Shown: positions 57,102 through 64,000 of the stretch, piece by piece
How positions within the stretch are numbered: the first letter of the stretch is position 1
Layout: every line of letters starts with the position of its first letter
The notes under the pieces: generated by a model
What the model was told of the DNA's origin: nothing
Databases searched by the model: none
What the model saw: only the letters and a program-made list of their open reading frames with translations
Program-made: the position numbers and the translations under genes
From: Thermoplasmata archaeon
Lineage (GTDB): Archaea; Thermoplasmatota; Thermoplasmata; Lutacidiplasmatales; UBA184
Assembly (NCBI GenBank): GCA_022749815.1
Contig: JAKIWV010000002.1
Location: forward strand, 194,478-258,477
DNA: 64,000 nt
Direction: 5' to 3'

Positions 57102-60100
57102 GTGCCCGAGGAGTCGCGTCGGCTCGCCGCGATCGTGCTCACCGACCTCGTTGGTTTCACCGCGCGGACGCGACTTGACGAGACCAGGGCACTTGAGGTC
57201 CTCGAAGAGCACCGGGGGATTGTGCGGTCCGCTCTGCGGGAACACGACGGACGCGAGATCAAGACCATCGGCGACGGATTCCTCGTGGAATTTGGTAGCG
57301 CCTTCGAGGCTGTTCGTGCCGCCATTCGGATCCAAGAACTCATGCACGACTACAACGCCCAGCCTCGAAGGGCGCAGATCCGTGCGCGGATCGGGGTCCA
57401 CGTGGGAGATGTTGTTCACCGTGAAGGAGACATCTACGGCGACTGCGTGAACCAAGTGTCACGAATTGAGCCCTTGGCCGACCCAGGAGGGGTTTGCGTT
57501 TCGAGCCCAGTCTACGAACAGGTGAAACATCAGTTCCGAGAAGGGTTCGTGAAGCTCGACTCCCCCGCTTCGAAGGAGGGTCCACTTCCGGTCGACGTTT
57601 ACAAGATACTACTGCCCTGGGAACAGGGAATTCAGCTTCGGCTGGGGACCGCGAGCCTCGTGGGTCGGGGCTCCGACTGGGACACGCTGAGATCCCTCCT
57701 AGACCGCGCCGCCGGGGGCGAGGGTGGGGTCGTATTTGTGTGCGGGGAGGCAGGGATTGGAAAGAGCAAGTTCGCCGAGCAGGGTCTTGCCTATGCCCAG
57801 AGGCGGAAGATGACCTGCCTTCGCGCCCGGTGCGCCCAGAAGACCTCCGCGATACCCTACGGACCGTGGAGCGAAATGTTTCGGGAACTCGCTCGGGAGG
57901 CGACGGCGTTGTACTTGTCAAAGATCGCCGAGGGTTCCGTCGAGGCTCTGATCACGCTCGTCCCAGAGCTTCGTGACAAGCTCGGTCCGAGCCGTACGTC
58001 GGCGGCCCTCGAAGCGTCGGCGGACGACCGTCGGCGCTTCATCGACCATCTATGCCAAGTCTTCCTCAACATCTCGCGAGATACCCCTCTGCTACTCTTC
58101 ATCGAAGATCTCCAATTCGCCGACGAAGGGTCTGCCGACCTGCTCGAGACAATTGCGCGAAAGGCCCGAGATGCGGCCTTGTTGATTGTCGGGAACGCGC
58201 GAGATGCAGAAGTCGAGGAATCGACTCCGTTCGGACGGCTGAACTTCGTCCTCCATGCGGACCGGCTGAACACGGTGATCTCCCTCAAACGACTCGACCG
58301 GAATCAAGTGGCCGAGCTGATCGGGGAAATCCTGGGGGACTCTGGGGTGAGCGACGAGTTCCGGGACATGATCTTCGGCAAGACCGGGGGGAACCCGTAC
58401 TTCGTCGAAGAGCTGCTTCAGGCGCTCATCGACGAAGGGACGATGTTCCGGACAGGAGTAGGATGGGAACGAAAGCCGATGGCCCAGATTCGATTGCCAC
58501 GTACAGTCCGTGAACTGTTACATCAGCGCCTCGCGCGGCAGGACGAGGATACGCTCAATCTCCTCCGGGTCGCGTCGGTCGTTGGAGTGGAGTTTCCGTT
58601 CGGGCCCGTCCGCGAAGTGACCGCGTTGGATGAGGAGCGCGGCGTCAACGCACTCGAGCACGCGCTCCGTGCGCGGTTGGTCAATGAACGCGAGCTGGGT
58701 TCTGGGCGAGTCGTCTACGAATTCGGAGACCGCCAGATTCGCGACGTTCTATACGAGGAGATTAGTCTCGTTCGGGCGCAGCGGTACCACCGTCAGATCG
58801 CCCAGGCGCTCGAGAGGGATCTCGAAACGAAGGCGGATGAACTGGCGGGCGAGGTCGCGTATCACTACCTGCTAGGCAACGAGCGGATCAAGGCGCTCGA
58901 ATTCTCGATTCGGGCCGGAGATCGCGCCTCCCGGTTGTACGCGCACTCCGAGGCCGTGCGGCAATACACGACGGCGCTCGATATCTTGGAGGAGCATCCC
59001 GACGACCCGGTGCGAGCTCAGCTGTTCGAAAAATTGGGGGACGAGGAGGACCTCTTGGCGAACGCCAAGGGGGCCGTCCAAAGCTGGGAGCAAGCCGCCC
59101 GCGGTTACGAACGATCCGGCCGCCGAATCGCGGCCGGTGCAACGCTGGTCAAAGTGGCCGGTCACCTTGCAAGCATGCTCGTGGATCGGCCGCGATCGAT
59201 TCAAGTTTTTGGCGAGGCGCGGCAAATGCTGGAGTCCGAAACTGAATCGCCAGAGTTGGCGTGGCTGTACGCTCAATTGGCCGCGGTACATTCGTATTCG
59301 TCCGGCACGAGCGAACTCGTCCAGGACCTGTGCCGCCGGGCCATCGCTCTCGGGGAACGGCTCAAGTCACGCAGCGCAGAGATCTCAGCGTACAGCACGC
59401 TCTCGACCGTGCTTCCGGCCCACGAACGCCGGAAGGCCCTCGATCTTCAGAAGAAAGCCCTAGATATTGCCGTCTTGAACCGGTCCGAGGTCCTGACTAT
59501 GGATGCCTACTCCGCTCTCGGATTTTCCACAATCCAACTGGACGGAGATTGCGCTGGGGCCCTTCGATGCCAGCAGCACGCGCTCGAGATGGCGACCCGA
59601 GCCGCGGCAATTGGATTGGAAATGCGGCTTCGGGGGGTACAGATATCCCTCGTGTTCATTCGGATGGGCCGCCTCCGCGAAGCCCGACAGTCGTCGGAGG
59701 AACTCTACCGATTCGCCGCGGAACATTTGCCGCGGAGGCGATGGACCGACTTGTGCATTCTAGGGGAGGTGCTAGTGCTCCAAGGCCAGTTGACTCGGGC
59801 CCAGGAGGTCCTAGCCGAGTGGGACTCCCTTCCGAAGGATTCGGTGCCATGGTACTGTCAAGCACGAACGAGCTCGGTGCTCGCCGAACTCGATCTGGCT
59901 CTGGGAAGACAGGATTCCGCTGAGAAGCGCCTCGAGACCGCGTGCGACTTGGCCCGGCGCCAGGGCTTCGCTGCGGTGCACGCCTACGATGCTGCGAAGG
60001 CGCTGGCGCTCCTGGTCGAGTGCCGCCTCCGGCGGTCACAACAAAGGGAAGCCGAAGATGCGCTTCAAGAATTGAAACGGCTGGGGGACGCTTTTGATGG

Positions 60101-60392
60101 AGATGTGGTCTCCGGATACCGGCTTCGTGCCGAGGGCCTGTGGGATGCGGCCCGCGGGGATCGAGCTGCTGCTGTTCGCCATTTGCAGCAGAGTATCGTC
60201 GTCTGGGAGCGAGTGGCTTGGCCCTACGAAGTTGCTCAATCGCAATTCTATCTCGGAAGAGTTTACGCCCAGTCGGGTGACACTACTTCTGCGGCCGTCG
60301 CCAAGAAGCAAGCGCTGGAAGGGTTCACCCGAATCGACGCGCAGCTCGGCGTAAAACGCGTCTCGGCTGAGAAGGAGCCACTCCAAGCTTAG
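57102..60392 (+). CDS. Class III adenylyl/guanylyl cyclase domain + STAND P-loop NTPase + TPR-like repeats (1096 aa)
   Basis: N-terminal cyclase-homology domain (IVLTDLVGFTART...IKTIGDGFLVEF...IGVHVGDVV). Walker A VFVCGEAGIGKSKF. Walker B LLLFIEDLQFADEGS. C-terminal helical repeats. Confidence 0.75.
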   Translation: MPEESRRLAAIVLTDLVGFTARTRLDETRALEVLEEHRGIVRSALREHDGREIKTIGDGFLVEFGSAFEAVRAAIRIQELMHDYNAQPRRAQIRARIGVHVGDVVHREGDIYGDCVNQVSRIEPLADPGGVCVSSPVYEQVKHQFREGFVKLDSPASKEGPLPVDVYKILLPWEQGIQLRLGTASLVGRGSDWDTLRSLLDRAAGGEGGVVFVCGEAGIGKSKFAEQGLAYAQRRKMTCLRARCAQKTSAIPYGPWSEMFRELAREATALYLSKIAEGSVEALITLVPELRDKLGPSRTSAALEASADDRRRFIDHLCQVFLNISRDTPLLLFIEDLQFADEGSADLLETIARKARDAALLIVGNARDAEVEESTPFGRLNFVLHADRLNTVISLKRLDRNQVAELIGEILGDSGVSDEFRDMIFGKTGGNPYFVEELLQALIDEGTMFRTGVGWERKPMAQIRLPRTVRELLHQRLARQDEDTLNLLRVASVVGVEFPFGPVREVTALDEERGVNALEHALRARLVNERELGSGRVVYEFGDRQIRDVLYEEISLVRAQRYHRQIAQALERDLETKADELAGEVAYHYLLGNERIKALEFSIRAGDRASRLYAHSEAVRQYTTALDILEEHPDDPVRAQLFEKLGDEEDLLANAKGAVQSWEQAARGYERSGRRIAAGATLVKVAGHLASMLVDRPRSIQVFGEARQMLESETESPELAWLYAQLAAVHSYSSGTSELVQDLCRRAIALGERLKSRSAEISAYSTLSTVLPAHERRKALDLQKKALDIAVLNRSEVLTMDAYSALGFSTIQLDGDCAGALRCQQHALEMATRAAAIGLEMRLRGVQISLVFIRMGRLREARQSSEELYRFAAEHLPRRRWTDLCILGEVLVLQGQLTRAQEVLAEWDSLPKDSVPWYCQARTSSVLAELDLALGRQDSAEKRLETACDLARRQGFAAVHAYDAAKALALLVECRLRRSQQREAEDALQELKRLGDAFDGDVVSGYRLRAEGLWDAARGDRAAAVRHLQQSIVVWERVAWPYEVAQSQFYLGRVYAQSGDTTSAAVAKKQALEGFTRIDAQLGVKRVSAEKEPLQA

Positions 60393-60601
60393 TAGTCGTT
60401 CATCGCGGACAAACGAGGAGTCTGTAGGCCTCAGGGTGAGAGCGGGGGCGGCCGGCCGGGGTGGCTTCGCGACCTCGCGTGCTCGCCCCCATCCTAGGTC
60501 AGCCTGGGTCTCCGAGTGCCATTGGACTCAGGCGTTCCTCGAAATGCTGTTGTTCACCCCCCGGTTCCCTGTCCTGGCTGGGCTCTGACGCCTTACTTGT
60601 G

Positions 60602-60632
60602 GGCGCACGTCGAGCTGCAACTACCATTGCAC
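60602..60632. repeat. Palindromic repeat family, copy P7 (GAGCTGCAA-CTACC-ATTGCACCCCTGTCGAG)
   Basis: It lies about 115 nt upstream of the M29 aminopeptidase start. Confidence 0.6.
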
Positions 60633-60747
60633 CCCTGTCGAGTAGAGGTCGCGGACTGAGACTCCATAGTCTATCCCGCTCCGACGTCGTAGGAGGCCGG
60701 TCGCGCTTCATTCGACACCGTTCCATCACCCCCCCTCTAAGGTACAT

Positions 60748-61878
60748 ATGCTAGCCGAAAGTTGGAAGGCCCGTATGCCGACCGATTCCGTCTCGTCCCA
60801 AACCCGTGCCAAGCTCGCGCGATCCGTCCTCAAGAACAATCTTCAACTGAAACCTGGAGAACGCGTAATCGTCGAGGCCTGGACCCACACACTACCGTGG
60901 GCCGTTGCCTTCGCGCGCGAGGCCCGGCATATGGGTGCGCAAGTGCTCATCCCCTACGAGGACGAGGAGGCGTACTGGGACGCTGTCGCACACGGAGAGG
61001 ACCGACTACTCGGGAAGGTGGCTCCCCACGAATGGGCCGCGCTGGCGAAGAGCAACGTGTACATCCACATGTGGGGTCCGGGGGACCGTGTGCGGCTCAA
61101 CGGGCTTCCTGAGGCCCAACAGAACCGGCTATTCGGGTTCAACAACCAATGGTACTCCACGGCCCTGAAGAATGGCGTCAGAGGTGCCCGACTCGAGCTC
61201 GGTCGACCTTATCCCGCGCTGACCAAGGCGTACAAGGCTGACGAAGCCGCGTGGATGGACCAGGTGATACGGGGGACGATGGTGAGTCCCGACTCGCTGG
61301 CCCGAATCGGGTCACCCGTCGGACGTGTGCTCGGCCGTGGAAAGCGCATCCGGATCCAGGATGACCGAGGCACTGATCTAACGCTCGGTCTCGCTAGGCG
61401 ACCCGTACGCATGGACTATGGACGAACGACTCCCGCCGAAAGGAAGCGACCGTTCAATCAGCTCACCACCCTACCGTCGGGTGCAGCCACTCTGGCGCTG
61501 GATGAGAGTGTGGCCGACGGGACGATCGTCGGCAACCGGACGTGCTTCTACGACGACGCGATCGCGACGGGGGGCGTTTTCAGTTTCCGGAAAGGAAAGC
61601 TCGCTCACGCCGAGTTCGAGACGGGCGGGGACCGGTTCGACCGGGACTTCAAGAAAGGCGGAAAGGGGCGTGACCGTCCGGGTCAGCTGCGCATCGGACT
61701 GAACCCCCAGTTGAACAACACGCCCCAGCTCGAAGACCGCGAGCTCGGTGCGGTGATGGTATCTCTCGGAAACAATCAGTTCTACGGCGGCAAGAACCGG
61801 TCTCGGTTGTTCGGTTGGGTCATCAACTCTGGCGCCACGGTCGAGGTGGACGGCAAGCCCCTGGCTCTCGGAAGCTGA
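60748..61878 (+). CDS. M29-family aminopeptidase (AmpS/PepS-like)
   Basis: Length and motifs (VIVEAWTHTLPWAVAF..., LTTLPSGAATL, NQFYGGKN) resemble thermophilic aminopeptidase T/S. Confidence 0.5.
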   Translation: MLAESWKARMPTDSVSSQTRAKLARSVLKNNLQLKPGERVIVEAWTHTLPWAVAFAREARHMGAQVLIPYEDEEAYWDAVAHGEDRLLGKVAPHEWAALAKSNVYIHMWGPGDRVRLNGLPEAQQNRLFGFNNQWYSTALKNGVRGARLELGRPYPALTKAYKADEAAWMDQVIRGTMVSPDSLARIGSPVGRVLGRGKRIRIQDDRGTDLTLGLARRPVRMDYGRTTPAERKRPFNQLTTLPSGAATLALDESVADGTIVGNRTCFYDDAIATGGVFSFRKGKLAHAEFETGGDRFDRDFKKGGKGRDRPGQLRIGLNPQLNNTPQLEDRELGAVMVSLGNNQFYGGKNRSRLFGWVINSGATVEVDGKPLALGS

Positions 61879-61997
61879 ATCTCCGTCGGCCCACCGCACC
61901 GGTTGGGCCGGGGTCCCCGGTTCGGTGCATCGTGTCAAGAAATACGAGCCGCCCGCCCGAAGAACGCCTCCTCTCGCGCTGACAGCTGCCGATTTTC

Positions 61998-62028
61998 GAG
62001 AGGTGCACTTACCATTGCGCCCTATCAC
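61998..62028. repeat. Palindromic repeat family, copy P8 (GAGAGGTGCAC-TTACC-ATTGCGCCCTATCAC)
   Basis: It lies about 110 nt upstream of the methyltransferase start. Confidence 0.55.
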
Positions 62029-62135
62029 TCCGTTCAGATTCGACGGCTGGAGCGGCTTTGCATACGGCTCGGCTACCGGACCCAGGTTCCCTCACTCCCA
62101 CAAAAGGAAAGTAGAATGCCCAAGTTCGGGGAGAC

Positions 62136-62939
62136 GTGCCCGAGAAGACGGACCTCTACGGCTTGACTTACTCGAAGTTCTCCGAGGATTCTCTTGCGCA
62201 GGTACGGCTGGAGGCCTATGGACCGGACATTGGCCAGAACAGCTGGACGCTGAAGTCTGAGTACGAAGGGTTTCTGCAGGATCTTGGCCTCGGAGCTGGC
62301 CGCAGACTGCTCGACGTCGCCTGTGGAGCGGGCGGTCCCGCGCTCTTTAGCGCGCGCACAACCGGCTGCGCAGTGGTAGGCGTGGACATCAGCGGCAACG
62401 GAATTCAGACTGCGACCCGTCTGGCCTCCGAAGCTGGATTGTCAGACCGTGTGACCTTCCAAGTCCTGGATGCCAACTCGACACTGCCCTTCCACGATGG
62501 AACCTTCGACGCAATCATCTGCGTGGATGCGTTCATCCACCTTCAGGATCGGCTGGTCGTCCTGAACGACTGGCGCCGCCTCTTGAAACCCAAAGGGAGG
62601 GTCGTTTTCACCGACTCGGCCGTGGTCACGGGACTCATCACTAACGAGGAAATCGCCATACGGAGTCCAAACGCGAAATGTGTCTTTTCCCCACCAGGGA
62701 ACGACGAACGCCTCCTGCGGGATTCGGGGTTTCAGCTTCTTCGAATGACGGATTCGACCACCGCGATGGCCGGAATTGCTGGGGCCCGGCATTCAGCCCG
62801 TGCTCGACATGAGGAAGGTTTGGTTGCCCTCGAAGGAAAGCAACTGTTCTCTGGCTTTCAACGCTTCCTCGATTGCGTTCAGCGCCTGGCAGCTGAACGA
62901 AGATTGTCCCGGTTCGTATTCCTCGCCGAACGACTCTAG
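62136..62939 (+). CDS. Class I SAM-dependent methyltransferase
   Basis: Motif I LLDVACGAGGPA. Acidic post-II VVGVDIS. FDAIICVDAF. Confidence 0.7.
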   Translation: MPEKTDLYGLTYSKFSEDSLAQVRLEAYGPDIGQNSWTLKSEYEGFLQDLGLGAGRRLLDVACGAGGPALFSARTTGCAVVGVDISGNGIQTATRLASEAGLSDRVTFQVLDANSTLPFHDGTFDAIICVDAFIHLQDRLVVLNDWRRLLKPKGRVVFTDSAVVTGLITNEEIAIRSPNAKCVFSPPGNDERLLRDSGFQLLRMTDSTTAMAGIAGARHSARARHEEGLVALEGKQLFSGFQRFLDCVQRLAAERRLSRFVFLAERL

Positions 62940-62945
62940 CCGCGT

Positions 62946-63497
62946 CTATGGGGGCGGGTTGGTAGACCCGTCCGAGCCGAACTGACCGGGGAACTCCGTC
63001 GCCTCGGGTGGGATGCCTTCCCCATTGACCTTTCGACAGACCGGGCAAATGAGATCAGGTGGGCTGAAGTGTGCGAAGTACGAGGCCCGATACGCATCGT
63101 ATAAGCAACTCACGTTCGGCAACTCCTGCCCATCGGGGCCCTTAGGAGTGCCGATCCCTGCTGAAGCAGCTAGACTGTAGAATGGTTCAGTCCTGAGACT
63201 CTCTATTGATTCGGGGCGCTCGATGTATCCAGTTCGCCCGGGAACTGGAACTTCCGCGTACCTCTTCGCGCGCGGAGGGGTCAGTTGCTCGAGAACCCAC
63301 ACGGGCTTGGAGGGACCAACTGCAATCCCCATTTCAAATGAAACCCATGCCGCCCTTTGGATTCTTTCGATGTACGGGGAAAGCAGGAGGAAGAGTGAGG
63401 CGGACTCCTCGATCCTCTGCCTCAGAACATGATCATGGGGAGGTCGGGGGCCCTCCCAGCTGTAGAAGAAGGCCCCATGGTCGACCGATCCGAACAA
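62946..63497 (-). CDS. Hypothetical protein (183 aa)
   Basis: An open frame with balanced composition. No family recognised. Confidence 0.3.
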   Translation of the reverse strand: MFGSVDHGAFFYSWEGPRPPHDHVLRQRIEESASLFLLLSPYIERIQRAAWVSFEMGIAVGPSKPVWVLEQLTPPRAKRYAEVPVPGRTGYIERPESIESLRTEPFYSLAASAGIGTPKGPDGQELPNVSCLYDAYRASYFAHFSPPDLICPVCRKVNGEGIPPEATEFPGQFGSDGSTNPPP

Positions 63498-63700
63498 CGT
63501 TTGTAAAAACTCCTTCCCGTTTACGTCACGGGCACTGTGGGAAACAAAAAACCTTTGACTTCTGCAAGCCGGGAGGTTCTATGCCGACAGAACCTTTCAC
63601 CCGCGGTGCCCACAAGCGCGAACCACTTTTCTCTGACATGAAACCGGCTTCCCAACGCCCCGGCGGGGGTTTTTCCTCGGGGAGAAGCGTGCTACTCTAA

Positions 63701-63729
63701 AAACGCAAGTACCATTGCACGTTCCGCGC
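63701..63729. repeat. Palindromic repeat family, copy P9 (AAACGCAA-GTACC-ATTGCACGTTCCGCGC)
   Basis: A degenerate left arm and an intact right half-site. It is intergenic. Confidence 0.45.
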
Positions 63730-63803
63730 TACCCGACGCTCTGGCTTGGCAACGACTGCAGGACCGTTCGAAATGTGTAGGTTTCCCAGGTCCAGGAGGG
63801 GAG

Positions 63804-64000
63804 TTAGGTCGGTGTCAGTCCCGGTTTGCGACCGGTGGCCAGGATTACTGTCTCCGGGACGCTTACGTGGCCATTGGACTCGAAACTTCTCATGGACTCC
63901 GTGATTTCTTTGGCAGCCCGAGTCCGGGCCTTTGCGTCTAGGGCGTCTATGACCCGTTTGAACGGGGGAGCCCCAGAGAAGAACACGTCGCACACTTCTT
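63804..64000 (-). CDS. Hypothetical protein, C-terminal fragment (gene continues beyond the window end)
   Basis: An open frame running off the 3' edge. Confidence 0.25.
   Translation of the reverse strand, partial: EVCDVFFSGAPPFKRVIDALDAKARTRAAKEITESMRSFESNGHVSVPETVILATGRKPGLTPT

Noticed and set aside
1-64000. CRISPR array or rRNA genes
   Set aside because: There are no regularly spaced direct repeats and no rRNA-like conserved stretches in the window.

Overview
This 64 kb window is a high-GC (~65%) chromosomal segment that looks archaeal. Three things point to that. A tRNA-Trp(CCA) carries an 89-nt intron at the canonical 37/38 position and encodes no CCA. A BRE/TATA-like element sits about 25 nt upstream of a start codon. 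Secreted proteins are rich in N-x-S/T sequons, and one has YVTN beta-propeller repeats with a C-terminal TM anchor. The backbone reads, in order: a partial uvrB, an MFS transporter, a regulator, a btuFCD/fepBCD-like ABC import operon, and the tRNA-Trp. After the tRNA comes an accessory stretch of about 13 kb (7.5-20.6 kb), bounded by partial copies of the tRNA-Trp 3' end. It holds a DUF3237 gene, a hypothetical gene followed by an orphan STAND NTPase-TPR gene, three paralogous small zf-HC2-like (H-x3-C-x2-C) proteins around a secreted protein with tandem eqolisin (peptidase G1)-like domains, DUF1801 and nucleotidyltransferase-like genes, and an S9 peptidase. Downstream is a redox/detox neighbourhood: SDR, DsbA-like, peroxiredoxin, several VOC/glyoxalase genes, tmk, DyP peroxidase and a possible Cld-like protein. 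It also contains two GNATs, a second S9 peptidase, transglutaminase-like, MOSC and tag genes, an HTH+V4R regulator, and many small membrane or zinc-ribbon proteins. The 3' third encodes surface/signalling proteins: a membrane protein and a YVTN propeller protein share an approximately 50-75 aa extracellular module present four times, next to a divergent C39-like peptidase and a 1096-aa adenylyl/guanylyl-cyclase-STAND-TPR protein. It ends with an M29 aminopeptidase and a methyltransferase. The most unusual non-coding signal is a dispersed palindromic repeat family, GGTGCAA-N4/5-ATTGCACC with conserved flanks, found about 13 times in intergenic DNA. I found no CRISPR array, rRNA, integrase or transposase. 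All functional calls rest on motif and family recognition by eye, without database searches.
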